Assembly: GCA_030699125.1 (NCBI GenBank)
Contig: JAUYKM010000009.1
Span: forward strand, 6,358 to 70,357
Length of the DNA stretch: 64,000 nucleotides
Direction: 5' to 3'
Source: Candidatus Daviesbacteria bacterium
Lineage (GTDB): Bacteria; Patescibacteriota; Microgenomatia; Daviesbacterales; UBA10151
The number at the start of each line of letters is the position of its first letter. Within the stretch, counting starts at the first letter, position 1. Below, in pieces: positions 46,533 to 56,653 of this stretch. The translations under genes were made by a program, and so were the position numbers. The notes beneath the pieces were generated by a model. It did not search any database. It had not been told where the DNA came from and saw nothing but the letters and a program-made list of their open reading frames with translations.

Positions 46533-49199
46533 ATGAAAAAAACAAAAACCAGACAAAACAAACCAATCTTACAAATTATGGCCATGCCAAAAAGGTTTGG
46601 CAGGAAAAAAACTAATGGTGAACATAAAACTAATGGTCACGGGGTAGACGGCAGAGGATTTGAAGACAGATTCATTCCCAGGTATAAAAAAATGCCCCCA
46701 GTGCCCAAAGATTTGCCTGTTCCTACTTTTTCCGAATCATCCAATAAAATTTTACAGGAGAGATATCTTCTTAAAGGCGGGGATCTTAAGGTGGTAGAGA
46801 GTATCTCTGATCGGTTTTGGCATATTGCCTATGATATTGCCTCGGGAGATTTTGATTTTGGCTATAGTGAGAGTGAAGTTTATAAAAATGCTTTGGAATT
46901 TTATACCATGATGGTCAGGCAACAGTTCCTGCCCAATTCCCCCACCATTATGAATGCAGGTAAACAAAATGGTCTGCAGTATTCTGCCTGTTTTGTACTT
47001 CCGGTGGGAGATTCTTTACCGGAAATTTTCGATTCAGTAAAGTACGCAGCATTAATCCACCAGACAGGCGGTGGAACCGGATTTGCCTTTTCCCGCCTTA
47101 GACCTGCTGGCTCAGTAGTCCGCACCACCGGCGGAGTGGCTTCCGGGCCGGTATCTTTTTTACGGGTCTTTAATGCTGCCACTGAATCTATCAAACAGGG
47201 CGGTACCAGGAGAGGTGCTAATATGGGGATTTTAAGAATTGATCATCCTGATATTCTGGAATTTATCAGATGCAAAGCAGAGTTGGATGATATGAATAGG
47301 CCGGTTTTTGAAAAAATTGCTCCGCTTTTGCCTGATGATAAGGCCAAAAAATATTTTAAAACCATGCTTTTAGATAAGCAGATCTCCAACTTTAATATCT
47401 CCTGTGCAGTTACAGAAAAATTTATGGAGGCTTTGGAGGCAGGCGAAAATTATGACTTGATCGATCCTCACTCAGGCGAGGTGGTGGGGCAATTAAATGC
47501 CAAAGAGGTTTTTGATGAAATAGTGGAGAGAGCCTGGTCTACCGGTGATCCGGGATTAATTTTTATAGACAGAATTAATGATTCTCCGGCCAATCCGGTG
47601 CCCAAATTAGAAACTATTGAGAGTACCAATCCTTGTGGCGAGCAGCCTTTGGCTCCCTGGGATGCCTGTAATTTGGGTTCCGTTAATTTAGGTAAGTTTG
47701 TCCGCCAGCTGGCGGATGGCAGCTCTGATGTGGACTGGGAGGGATTGAAAGAGGTAACTCGCAAAGCAGTTCACTTTTTAGATAATGTAGTTCAGACCAA
47801 CCCTTATACTTTAAAACAAATTTATGATGAAGTTCACCAAAATAGGAGGATTGGTTTGGGGGTGATGGGTTGGGCAGATATGCTTTTCAAGCTGAAAATT
47901 CCCTATAATTCTGATCAGGCTTTGGAGTTGGCAGAAAAGGTGATGAGTTTTATCAACAATGAGGGTCACAAAATGTCAGAGGAGCTTTCGAAAGAAAAAG
48001 GATCTTTCCCTAGTTGGGCCAACTCAATTTATGCAGATTCTAAATCTTCTGCCTTTAAAAATAGAGCTTCTGTGTATGCTTATCAGGGGGGAAAACCGAT
48101 TAGAAATTCCACTGTCACCACCATTGCTCCTACCGGTACTATCTCCATTATCGGAGATTGTTCATCCGGAATTGAGCCTGTTTTTGCTCTTGCCTATATT
48201 CATAGGGCAAAATCAGTGGGGGATCAGTACAGGGTTTTGACCATTGCCAATGAGACTTTTGAGGAGATTGCCAAAGAAAAGGGTTTTTATTCTCCAGATT
48301 TGGCCCAAAAAGTTTTAGAACACGGTTCTGTAACAGGGTTATCGGAGGTGCCGGATGAGTGGCAAAAAGTTTTTATTACTGCACCGGAGATTGACCCGAT
48401 CACACATGTTAAAATGCAAGCCATCTTTCAAAAACATACAGATAATGGAGTCTCTAAAACTATTAATCTGCCTAACTCTTCTACGGTTGATGACGTGAGA
48501 ACTGCTTATTTGATGTCTTATCAGACCGGCTGTAATGGTATCACCATCTATAGGGATGGTTCCAAAAGTACCCAAGTTTTAAATGTCTCATCTACTTTGG
48601 AAAAGAAACAGACGGAGGAGTCAGCAGAAGCGGCACCAATTGCCCAAAGGCCCATGATACTTCGGGGCAGAACTTATAAAGTGGCAACACCTGTGGGTGA
48701 GGCGTATATTACCATTAACAGAGATGAAAACGAACAGCCCTTTGAAGTCTTTGTGACTGTGGGTAAGGGCGGGATGCATACTATGGCAGATGCGGAAGCC
48801 ATGGGAAGACTGGTTTCTCTTTCTTTAAGGCTAGGTAGAAATGGCGGATCAACTGATCCTCGGGAGGTGGCTCAAAAGATTGCTTCTCAGCTGAAAGGAA
48901 TTGGCGGAGCTTCATCTGTAGGATTTGGGAAAAATAGGGTGATGAGTTTGGCTGATGCTATTGCTAAGGTGTTGGCTGAGGATTTGGCAGTTTCTGCTGA
49001 TGTAGAAGTGGTGGAACAAGTGCCCTTAAATCTGACTAATGGAGAAGCCAAAGAGGTTAATTCTGAGTCTGTTTCTGATCCGGCTACCAATTACCAACTA
49101 GCTACTAATGTAGATTTATGTCCGGAGTGCGGTTCAGCCTCATTTGTGATGGAAGAAGGCTGTAAAAAATGCCACTCCTGCGGATATTCCATGTGTTAG
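46533..49199 (+). CDS. nrdJ: Class II (adenosylcobalamin-dependent) ribonucleoside-triphosphate/diphosphate reductase
   Basis: TNPCGEQPL active-site motif and a C-terminal Cys-rich zinc ribbon. The track ORF starts at 46410 inside nrdR, so the ATG at 46533 is preferred. Confidence 0.85.
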   Translation: MKKTKTRQNKPILQIMAMPKRFGRKKTNGEHKTNGHGVDGRGFEDRFIPRYKKMPPVPKDLPVPTFSESSNKILQERYLLKGGDLKVVESISDRFWHIAYDIASGDFDFGYSESEVYKNALEFYTMMVRQQFLPNSPTIMNAGKQNGLQYSACFVLPVGDSLPEIFDSVKYAALIHQTGGGTGFAFSRLRPAGSVVRTTGGVASGPVSFLRVFNAATESIKQGGTRRGANMGILRIDHPDILEFIRCKAELDDMNRPVFEKIAPLLPDDKAKKYFKTMLLDKQISNFNISCAVTEKFMEALEAGENYDLIDPHSGEVVGQLNAKEVFDEIVERAWSTGDPGLIFIDRINDSPANPVPKLETIESTNPCGEQPLAPWDACNLGSVNLGKFVRQLADGSSDVDWEGLKEVTRKAVHFLDNVVQTNPYTLKQIYDEVHQNRRIGLGVMGWADMLFKLKIPYNSDQALELAEKVMSFINNEGHKMSEELSKEKGSFPSWANSIYADSKSSAFKNRASVYAYQGGKPIRNSTVTTIAPTGTISIIGDCSSGIEPVFALAYIHRAKSVGDQYRVLTIANETFEEIAKEKGFYSPDLAQKVLEHGSVTGLSEVPDEWQKVFITAPEIDPITHVKMQAIFQKHTDNGVSKTINLPNSSTVDDVRTAYLMSYQTGCNGITIYRDGSKSTQVLNVSSTLEKKQTEESAEAAPIAQRPMILRGRTYKVATPVGEAYITINRDENEQPFEVFVTVGKGGMHTMADAEAMGRLVSLSLRLGRNGGSTDPREVAQKIASQLKGIGGASSVGFGKNRVMSLADAIAKVLAEDLAVSADVEVVEQVPLNLTNGEAKEVNSESVSDPATNYQLATNVDLCPECGSASFVMEEGCKKCHSCGYSMC

Positions 49200-49288
49200 T
49201 TTCTCTTATATCATTCAAAATATGAAAAAAAATAATTACCTGTTATGAATTTCAAAATAATGTAAGTGATTCTATATGGAAGTTCTCA

Positions 49289-49618
49289 ATGAGTTCCCCA
49301 ATCCCAGAAATCTCAACCCCTGAAGCTACGGTTTTTTACGCATGGAAAGGAAATTCAGATACATCTCAAACTGATGTTACAGATGTTACTGTAGTTCGTT
49401 GTAGGGTCGATAATGATCCAAAACCACTTAACTTTGATATGTGGACGGTTAGCTCAACGGGGACAGTATCCGTTCTTGAAATCAAAGAGATAGAAAAATC
49501 AGAAATCCCGTATCATTGGATTAATAAAATTCCAGATGTATTGGAAAACGATGCTCCTCAATGGGTTAAAGATGTGATAGAAGAAAAACTTAATTTATTG
49601 AGAAAGATTAAAAAATAA
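49289..49618 (+). CDS. Hypothetical protein
   Basis: 109 aa. No recognisable domain. Confidence 0.35.
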   Translation: MSSPIPEISTPEATVFYAWKGNSDTSQTDVTDVTVVRCRVDNDPKPLNFDMWTVSSTGTVSVLEIKEIEKSEIPYHWINKIPDVLENDAPQWVKDVIEEKLNLLRKIKK

Positions 49619-49737
49619 AAATACCTGCTGATTTATATGTTAAAATCTTCTCGTGGATTCTAAAAAAGGATTAATGATTATATCTATTGATGAAGAGAAG
49701 AGGAAGATAACGGTTGTTTGAGCCTTAAGAAAACCAA

Positions 49738-50508
49738 ATATCCGCAGGTGTCAATACAGATACACCCCAAGGGTGTACATACAATATAAACTTTACTCCT
49801 CCTCCAACAACTGATGTTTTATTAGTTCTAACTTTTGGGCGTATTCCACACGTTCAAGAACAAATTCCTTATAATCTTCGGGGGATTTAAAAAAATTTAG
49901 GATTTCTTCTTTAGCGCAAAAGCCATCTTTTACCAGTCCAACATATTCCGGATATGAAGACCAACGATAATCTTTTAAATCCTTCACTAGAAGTGATGCA
50001 ATCGGGTTTAAGTGAATATAACGTGAGACATGAATTAACTGTTCATCAGATTCAATTAAAACAGCTTTGAATTCCCCCTGTAATAAAGGCCCAACTCTTC
50101 TGTACTTAACATTGTAGTATTTGGTATAGCTATTGCTAAGTTTACTGATAAATTCAGTAATTCCGCCATCTTTAAGTTGTCTAATAAGAAGATGGAAATG
50201 GTTTGGCATTAGACAATAGCAGATAATGTCCACGATTTTTTTGTTTGAATCGGGTTTAATAATAGAATTTGGTGAGAATCTGGAGAATCTTGGCTTGGGT
50301 CCTAATAATTGGTAATAGGTGATCGTCTTAATAAATCTTGAATAATCCCAATTTTTTTCAAATATTCTTCTTTTCTCTACACCTCGGTTATAAATATGGT
50401 AAAAATGACCGTTAACAAATGGAAAAATTCTGGAAGGCATTTGAACCTATCGTACTCTCAATATCCGCAGGTGTCAATACAAAAACACCCCAAGGGTGTA
50501 CATACAAT
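49738..50508 (-). mobile_element. IS200/IS605-like element: a Y1 transposase flanked by 48-bp near-identical direct subterminal repeats carrying a GTACACCC-AA-GGGTGTAC hairpin
   Basis: Repeats at 49738-49785 and 50461-50508 differ at 3 positions. Same-strand hairpins at both ends fit the IS200/IS605 LE/RE architecture. Confidence 0.6.
49793..50440 (-). CDS. Y1 HUH tyrosine transposase (IS200/IS605 TnpA or RAYT-like)
   Basis: HUH motif NHFHLLI and catalytic Tyr in YIHLNP. Paralog of the 34562..35236 gene. Confidence 0.7.
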   Translation of the reverse strand: MPSRIFPFVNGHFYHIYNRGVEKRRIFEKNWDYSRFIKTITYYQLLGPKPRFSRFSPNSIIKPDSNKKIVDIICYCLMPNHFHLLIRQLKDGGITEFISKLSNSYTKYYNVKYRRVGPLLQGEFKAVLIESDEQLIHVSRYIHLNPIASLLVKDLKDYRWSSYPEYVGLVKDGFCAKEEILNFFKSPEDYKEFVLERVEYAQKLELIKHQLLEEE

Positions 50509-50536
50509 GTCAGATAAGGTTTGTTAGAATGGGCAC

Positions 50537-51079
50537 ATGAGTGACATCAATGAAGATCAGGGGTTGGTTATTTTATATACCGGGGAAGGGAAGGGGAAGA
50601 CTACGGCGGCGTTGGGTTTGGTTTTGCGGGCCACCGGATACGGCAGGAAGTGTTTAATTATCCAGTTTGGCAAGATTTGGTTTACGGGGGAAATCTCTGG
50701 AATAAAAAAATTAGAGCCTTTGGTAAAAATAATTCAGGGAGGTAAGGGATTTGTTAAGATTTTAGGGGATAAATTACCTCTTTCTGAGCACAAAAAAGCT
50801 GCCAAAGAAACCTTTGAACTGCTGCAAAAAGAAATGACATCAGGTAAGTGGGATGTGATAGTGGCAGATGAAATTGTGGGAGCTGTTTCCTCTGGTTTAC
50901 TGCCAATTAGCAAAGTGATAAGATTAATTAAGGAAAGATTGGAAGGATTAGATCTGGTTTTAACCGGTCACCATGCTCCTAAAAAATTAATTGATCTAGC
51001 TGACTTGGTTACTGAGATGAAACCGATCAAACACCCTTTTGAGAAGGGAATTTTAGCAAAACAGGGTATTGACTTTTAG
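50537..51079 (+). CDS. cobO: Cob(I)alamin adenosyltransferase (CobA/CobO/BtuR family)
   Basis: P-loop GEGKGKTTAALG and ADEIV. 180 aa. Confidence 0.8.
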   Translation: MSDINEDQGLVILYTGEGKGKTTAALGLVLRATGYGRKCLIIQFGKIWFTGEISGIKKLEPLVKIIQGGKGFVKILGDKLPLSEHKKAAKETFELLQKEMTSGKWDVIVADEIVGAVSSGLLPISKVIRLIKERLEGLDLVLTGHHAPKKLIDLADLVTEMKPIKHPFEKGILAKQGIDF

Positions 51080-51108
51080 CACTCGCTGTGATACTCTGCT
51101 AAATTATA

Positions 51109-53577
51109 ATGACTGATTTTATTAAACCATCATTATCTTCACAATCGCCGATTAAGCTCAAACCAACCATGGCCGTGGGGCCTTTAAGGGATACAGTAAT
51201 TTTTCCTGGCAATTCCGTACCAATTATTTCCGGCAGACCTAAGTCCAAAGCTGCCCTGGATGCTTCTTGGAATTCTGATAAATTGATTGTTTTTGTCACT
51301 CAAAAAAATTCCAAAATTGAGGATCCCAGCGAAAAAGATTTATATAAAGTAGGCACAGTCTGTTTGATCAGGAGAGTGGTAAAAAATCCGGAGGGTGAAT
51401 ATACCCTTCAGGCAGAAGGATTATCCCGAGTTTATTTAAAATCCTTTACCCAGACCCAAGCCTATCTTGAGGCAGAAATTGAGGAGATCCCCGAGCTTTA
51501 CGAAAGATCAGAACAAACAGAGGCCCAGGTTCGAACAGTCAAAGAACAAGTTAAAAGATATCTGGAGCTTGGCGGCAATCCCTTCTTTGATCAGAGTGCT
51601 TTTACCAACTGGTCCATCTTTACCTACACAGATGATCCCAACCAGCTGGTTAACTCAGTTGCGCAAGTAATTGATTTTAAAACCATAGATAAGCAGCAGA
51701 TTTTGGAAATGGTATCTGCGCAGGAGAGACTACAAAGATTATCCGAGCTTTTAGCCAAAGAAATTAGAGTGATGGAGATTTCCCAAAAAATTTCTTCTCA
51801 AACTAACGAGAGAGTTTCCCGTATGACCAAAGAGGCTATTTTGAGAGAACAGATGAAAAGCATTGAAGAAGAGTTAGGGGAAGGATCAGAAAATCAGGAG
51901 ATTCACGAATTTGAGTCAAAAATTAAAAAGAGCGGCATGCCAAAAGAGGTGGCGGAACGGGCCAAGAAAGAGCTATCCAGATTAGCCAAGATGTCATCTT
52001 ATAATCCTGAGGCAGGCTACATTAGAAATTATCTGGAATGGTTGACTGATTTAGTTTGGAAAATGGGGAAAAAGGCCAAAATTAATCTTAAAATTGCTGA
52101 AAATATCTTAGATGAAGACCATTATGGATTAAAAAAAGTTAAGGAAAGGATTCTGGAGTATCTGGCTGTTCATAAACTGGCAGGCAAAATGAGAGGACCA
52201 ATCCTTTGTTTTGTGGGACCCCCAGGAACAGGGAAAACATCCATTGGTAAATCCATTGCCAGAGCCTTGGGAAGGAAGTTTGTCAAAGTTTCTTTGGGAG
52301 GCATTAGGGATGAGGCGGAAATCCGCGGCCATAGGAGAACTTATGTGGGATCCATGCCAGGCAGAATTATTCAGGGAATAAAACAGGCAGGGGCAGTTAA
52401 TCCGGTTTTTATGCTGGATGAGATTGACAAATTAGGTTTGGATTATCGGGGTGATCCATCAGCCGCATTACTCGAAGCATTGGATCCGGAGCAAAACGAG
52501 GGTTTCTCTGATCACTACCTGGAAGTGCCTTTTGATCTGTCTAACGCCATGTTTATTACCACTGCCAATATTTTAGACACCATCCCTCCAGCTCTAAGAG
52601 ATAGACTTGAGGTAATCAGATATCCGGGTTATACAGAAGACGAGAAATTCCATATTGCTAAAAAGTTTTTAATTCCCAAACAGATTGACAATCATGGATT
52701 AAAAACTAACCAGATTGAGTTTAGCGACGAAGCGATATATTCTGTAATTAGAGAATATACTAGGGAGGCAGGGGTGAGAAATCTGGAAAGAGAGCTTTCT
52801 GCGGTGATGAGAAAAGTGGCCAGAAAAATAGCTGAAGGTAATGGAGAGGCCCGCCTGCCCGCTTCGCCGGAGCTTCAGCGAGGCGAGCCGGACGGGCAGG
52901 TGAAAAAGTTTAATCCGGATGATATTCATAAATTCCTAGGTCCTGTTAAATTCTTACCACAGCTGGCTGAGATTGAAGATACAGTGGGTATGACTACTGG
53001 TTTATCTGTGACAGAAGCAGGGGGAGAGATTTTATTTATTGAGGTGACTCTGATGCCAGGAAAAGGTATCTTGCTTTTAACCGGACAATTAGGTGAGGTT
53101 ATGAAAGAGTCAGGACAGGCTGCTATGTCGTATGTCAGAGCTCACTGGAGAGAGTTGGGATTGTCTGAGAGATTTTTCCATAAGGTAGATGTTCATGTGC
53201 ATGTACCTGAGGGAGCCATCCCCAAAGACGGCCCATCAGCTGGTATTGCTTTAACTACAGCCATTGTTTCTGCTTTCAGTAGAATTCCGGTTCATAAAGA
53301 AGTGGCTATGACCGGGGAAGTGACTTTGCGCGGCAGAGTTTTGGAAATAGGCGGATTTAAAGAGAAAGTTTTGGCTGCTCACAGAGCCGGGGTAAGGGTT
53401 ATCATTGCACCTTCAGATAACCAGAAGGATCTGGAAGATATTCCTGACTTTATACAAAAAGATCTAAGATTTGTTTTTGTTAAACACATGGATGATGTTT
53501 TAAAAGTAGCCTTAATTCATTCTCCCAAGCCAGTCCAGCATAAAACAGTCCCCATCACTCCGGCATACCTGGCCTAA
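51109..53577 (+). CDS. lon: ATP-dependent Lon protease
   Basis: N-terminal LON domain, AAA+ GPPGTGKTS and protease PKDGPSAG with catalytic Ser. Contains a 52-bp GC-rich in-frame insertion. Confidence 0.9.
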   Translation: MTDFIKPSLSSQSPIKLKPTMAVGPLRDTVIFPGNSVPIISGRPKSKAALDASWNSDKLIVFVTQKNSKIEDPSEKDLYKVGTVCLIRRVVKNPEGEYTLQAEGLSRVYLKSFTQTQAYLEAEIEEIPELYERSEQTEAQVRTVKEQVKRYLELGGNPFFDQSAFTNWSIFTYTDDPNQLVNSVAQVIDFKTIDKQQILEMVSAQERLQRLSELLAKEIRVMEISQKISSQTNERVSRMTKEAILREQMKSIEEELGEGSENQEIHEFESKIKKSGMPKEVAERAKKELSRLAKMSSYNPEAGYIRNYLEWLTDLVWKMGKKAKINLKIAENILDEDHYGLKKVKERILEYLAVHKLAGKMRGPILCFVGPPGTGKTSIGKSIARALGRKFVKVSLGGIRDEAEIRGHRRTYVGSMPGRIIQGIKQAGAVNPVFMLDEIDKLGLDYRGDPSAALLEALDPEQNEGFSDHYLEVPFDLSNAMFITTANILDTIPPALRDRLEVIRYPGYTEDEKFHIAKKFLIPKQIDNHGLKTNQIEFSDEAIYSVIREYTREAGVRNLERELSAVMRKVARKIAEGNGEARLPASPELQRGEPDGQVKKFNPDDIHKFLGPVKFLPQLAEIEDTVGMTTGLSVTEAGGEILFIEVTLMPGKGILLLTGQLGEVMKESGQAAMSYVRAHWRELGLSERFFHKVDVHVHVPEGAIPKDGPSAGIALTTAIVSAFSRIPVHKEVAMTGEVTLRGRVLEIGGFKEKVLAAHRAGVRVIIAPSDNQKDLEDIPDFIQKDLRFVFVKHMDDVLKVALIHSPKPVQHKTVPITPAYLA
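52849..52900 (+). repeat. GC-rich palindromic mini-element (CGAGGCGAG family, with outer CCTGCCCG/CGGGCAGG arms) inserted in frame in lon
   Basis: GCCCGCCTGCCCGCTTCGCCGGAGCTTCAGCGAGGCGAGCCGGACGGGCAGG encodes [17 protein letters not shown]. Confidence 0.6.
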
Positions 53578-53640
53578 AGCCGCTCTTGACTAAGTGAGGG
53601 AGGGTATTGTAAATTCTAATGAGCTGCCGCCAATTTTTTC

Positions 53641-55653
53641 ATGGATTTTATTATAAGTAACACATTAAATATTATCTGGGCCTCTGTTTTGGCAGCTATT
53701 GTTTATGGAGTCTGGTTAATTGTCAATGTTTTAAACAAAGATGCCGGAGATGAAAAAATGCAGGAGATTGCCTCCGCCATCCAGATTGGGGCAGCAGCCT
53801 ATTTAAGAAGACAATATCTGGTGGTTTCAGTGGTGGCGGCAGTCATGGCAGGTTTAATTTATTACACTCTGGGTCAAAATACAGCCTTAGGTTTTTTAAT
53901 TGGGGCTGTCTTTTCAGCTTTAGCTGGTTTTATCGGCATGAGTATCGCTGTCAGAGCAAATGTGCGGGTGGCTGAGGAGGCAAAAAAAGGGTTATCAGAA
54001 GCTTTTGATCTAGCTTACAAAGGTGGAGCAGTGACAGGATTTTTAGTGGTGGGATTGGCTTTGGCCTCTGTTGTTGGTTTTTACCAATGGAGTGGTGGGG
54101 ATGTTAAAGCTTTGGTGGGATTAGGCTTTGGCGGATCTTTAATTTCTGTTTTTGCCAGACTTGGCGGAGGAATATTTACCAAGGGGGCTGATGTGGGAGC
54201 AGATTTAGTGGGGAAGCTCGAAGCAGGAATACCGGAAGATGATCCCAGAAATCCGGCAGTGATTGCCGATAATGTCGGTGATAATGTGGGCGATGATGCT
54301 GGTATGGCCGCTGATATCTTTGAAACTTATGTGGTGACAGCCATTGCCGCCATTATCCTGGGCCAATTACTTTTTCCGGCGTATGAGAAGATTCTGACTT
54401 TTCCACTCATGATTATGTCAGCAGGCATTTTTGCTTCAATTGGAGGTTCTTTTTTCGTCAAGCTGTCGCTCTCCAATAAAAATATCATGTCTGCCCTTTA
54501 TAAAGGTTTAATTGCCACGGCCATATTTTGCGCTATACTTTTCTACCCCATTACCCAATATATAGTGGGTGATAACGGACTTTATGGGGTAATTAATCTA
54601 TATCTTGCTCAATTGGTGGGGGTAGTGGTGACAGCTGGGATGGTTTTAATTACTGAATACTATACTGGTACTAAATATGCGCCTGTTGTCAATTTGGCTA
54701 TTTCCTCCAAAACCGGTCATGCTACCAATATAATTTCCGGTTTGGCACTTTCCATGCGCTCCACTTTTTGGCCGGTGCTGCTGATTGCTGCAGCAATACT
54801 GATTAGTTTTGCATTGGCCCAGCTTTATGGAGTGGCACTGGCTGTAGTGACTATGCTTTCTTTGGCAGGGATGGTAGTGGCAATTGATGCGTTTGGACCG
54901 ATCACTGATAATGCCGGCGGGATTGCCGAGATGGCAAATTTGCCTGCTAAAGTTCGTGCCGTTACTGATCCTTTGGATGCTGTAGGAAATACCACCAAAG
55001 CTGTAACCAAAGGATATGCCATTGCCTCAGCAGCTCTGGCTGCGATAGTATTATTTGCTGTATACGCTCAGGAGTTCTCTGCATTTGGACGACCACTGCA
55101 ATTTTCTTTATCGGATCCAATGGTTTTGGTGGGGCTATTTATTGGAGGAGCTTTACCTTACCTTTTTGGCTCTTTTGCCATGGAGGCTGTGGGAAGAGCA
55201 GGCGGAGCAGTGGTAGAGGAGGTAAGGCGTCAGTTTAAAACAATCAAAGGAATTATGGAGGGAACAGCCAAGCCGGATTATGCCAAATGTGTGGAAATTG
55301 TTACAGCCTCCGCTCAAAAAGAGATGTTTATTCCTGCTTTAATTCCGGTTTTGGCTCCAATTCTGGTGGGATTTTTATTGGGACCGGTGGCACTGGGTGG
55401 AATGCTGGTTGGTTCTATTGTGACAGGAATATTTGTGGCCATTTCCATGACCACCGGAGGAGCAGCCTGGGATAATGCCAAAAAGTATATTGAGAGCGGT
55501 AAGTTTGGCGGTAAAGGTTCTGAGGCTCACAAAGCGGCAGTAACCGGAGATACTGTGGGAGATCCGTACAAAGATACTGTTGGTCCCGCCATTAATCCCA
55601 TGATTAAAGTAGTTAATATTGTTGCTTTACTTTTAGTGCCTTTTTTAAGATAA
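53641..55653 (+). CDS. hppA: Membrane-bound proton (or Na+)-translocating pyrophosphatase
   Basis: [18 protein letters not shown] and [21 protein letters not shown] motifs. 670 aa with about 16 TM. Confidence 0.9.
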   Translation: MDFIISNTLNIIWASVLAAIVYGVWLIVNVLNKDAGDEKMQEIASAIQIGAAAYLRRQYLVVSVVAAVMAGLIYYTLGQNTALGFLIGAVFSALAGFIGMSIAVRANVRVAEEAKKGLSEAFDLAYKGGAVTGFLVVGLALASVVGFYQWSGGDVKALVGLGFGGSLISVFARLGGGIFTKGADVGADLVGKLEAGIPEDDPRNPAVIADNVGDNVGDDAGMAADIFETYVVTAIAAIILGQLLFPAYEKILTFPLMIMSAGIFASIGGSFFVKLSLSNKNIMSALYKGLIATAIFCAILFYPITQYIVGDNGLYGVINLYLAQLVGVVVTAGMVLITEYYTGTKYAPVVNLAISSKTGHATNIISGLALSMRSTFWPVLLIAAAILISFALAQLYGVALAVVTMLSLAGMVVAIDAFGPITDNAGGIAEMANLPAKVRAVTDPLDAVGNTTKAVTKGYAIASAALAAIVLFAVYAQEFSAFGRPLQFSLSDPMVLVGLFIGGALPYLFGSFAMEAVGRAGGAVVEEVRRQFKTIKGIMEGTAKPDYAKCVEIVTASAQKEMFIPALIPVLAPILVGFLLGPVALGGMLVGSIVTGIFVAISMTTGGAAWDNAKKYIESGKFGGKGSEAHKAAVTGDTVGDPYKDTVGPAINPMIKVVNIVALLLVPFLR

Positions 55654-55662
55654 TACCTAACT

Positions 55663-56031
55663 ATGGGTGAGCGTTTGCATGATTTTTATCAACAACCAGA
55701 ATATCGGGCATATATGTTAAGGGATGAAAGATTTTTCACAGGTGAGGTTGGGTCAGTAGATCTTGAAGGATTAGATTTGAGAAGTCCTTGGGAAAAAGAT
55801 TGGGAGGAATATAACAAGCCAGTAAGACAGTCGGTAGAAGAATTGTTGGATGATGGGCAAGATTTGATGACTATGACTGAAGCAGAAGTTGATCAAGTTT
55901 ATGAGCAAGTCTTAGCTAGAAGATTAGAAATTGGTCATAGACTCTTTCCTTTTGCAAGTCCAGAAGATTTAGGAAGAAGAGCTACTACTCCTGGTGTCAT
56001 TGCGAGGAACTTTAGTTCCGAAGCAATCTAG
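55663..56031 (+). CDS. Hypothetical protein whose C-terminal 12 codons and stop are supplied by a palindromic mini-element
   Basis: The ...GVIARNFSSEAI* tail is encoded by the family-A element at 55996-56031. Confidence 0.4.
   Translation: MGERLHDFYQQPEYRAYMLRDERFFTGEVGSVDLEGLDLRSPWEKDWEEYNKPVRQSVEELLDDGQDLMTMTEAEVDQVYEQVLARRLEIGHRLFPFASPEDLGRRATTPGVIARNFSSEAI
55996..56028 (+). repeat. Palindromic mini-element family A (GTCATTGCGAG-GAACTTTAGTTC-CGAAGCAATC)
   Basis: Inner perfect palindrome GGAACTTTAGTTCC, outer ATTGC/GCAAT arms. Copies at 25227-25304 and 56173-56198. Confidence 0.65.
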
Positions 56032-56047
56032 AGCCTATTTCAAAACT

Positions 56048-56119
56048 GTCATTCCCGCGTATGCGGGAATCCAATTAACAGATTTTATTAAATGGATCCC
56101 TGCCTTCGCAGGGATGACA
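56048..56119 (+). mobile_element. Cargo-less MITE-like element: two family-B hairpins in inverted orientation (GTCATTCCCGCGTATGCGGGAATCCAATTAA ... GGATCCCTGCCTTCGCAGGGATGAC)
   Basis: Same terminal inverted repeats as those flanking the GIY-YIG gene at 63108-63463. Confidence 0.55.
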
Positions 56120-56172
56120 AAAGAGGTTTTGAAATGACTCCTAGATAATGGAGTGATATATTACATGAAATA

Positions 56173-56198
56173 GATTGCTTCGCTACGCTCGCAATGAC
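56173..56198 (-). repeat. Family A palindromic element, inverted copy
   Basis: GATTGCTTCGCTACGCTCGCAATGAC, just downstream of the response-regulator stop. Confidence 0.55.
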
Positions 56199-56205
56199 AA
56201 AAAGA

Positions 56206-56619
56206 TTATTGTGCTGGATTCTGAGGAGGAATGGGTTGGCCGCCGGAGAGGGCGGTTTTTACCTCTGCTACTACTTGTTCCGGGGTATAGGATGCTTTTA
56301 TTAGATAAGCTTGGGCTCCTAACTCAAACCCTTCTTTAATAACCTCTTCCTGTCCTAAATTGGTTAAAAGTATAGTAATCATACGGGAGTTAGGATTTTG
56401 AGTTTTAAATTCCCTAAGAACCTGTAATCCATTCATGCCGGGAAGCATAATATCCAAAAGCAAAAGATCAAAGATTTGATTTTTCAGCTGATTAATCCCT
56501 TCCTGACCATCTGCTGCCACCGCTACTTCATATCCCTCTCTGGTAAGTTGTCTTTGATATAAATCTCTGATGAACGCTTCATCCTCTACCAATAAGATTT
56601 TCTTTTTCTGTGGATTCAT
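56206..56619 (-). CDS. Single-domain response regulator (CheY-like receiver)
   Basis: KKILLVEDE, phospho-acceptor D in LLLLDIMLPGMNG, and a conserved K in the C-terminal AYLIK segment. Confidence 0.8.
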   Translation of the reverse strand: MNPQKKKILLVEDEAFIRDLYQRQLTREGYEVAVAADGQEGINQLKNQIFDLLLLDIMLPGMNGLQVLREFKTQNPNSRMITILLTNLGQEEVIKEGFELGAQAYLIKASYTPEQVVAEVKTALSGGQPIPPQNPAQ

Positions 56620-56653
56620 TTGTTTTTAAATTGTAACAGAAAGTTTTCATCTT

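Noticed and set aside
51099-51299. ORF 51099..51299 (-) overlapping the lon start
   Set aside because: It is antisense to the lon N-terminal domain, which is clearly real.
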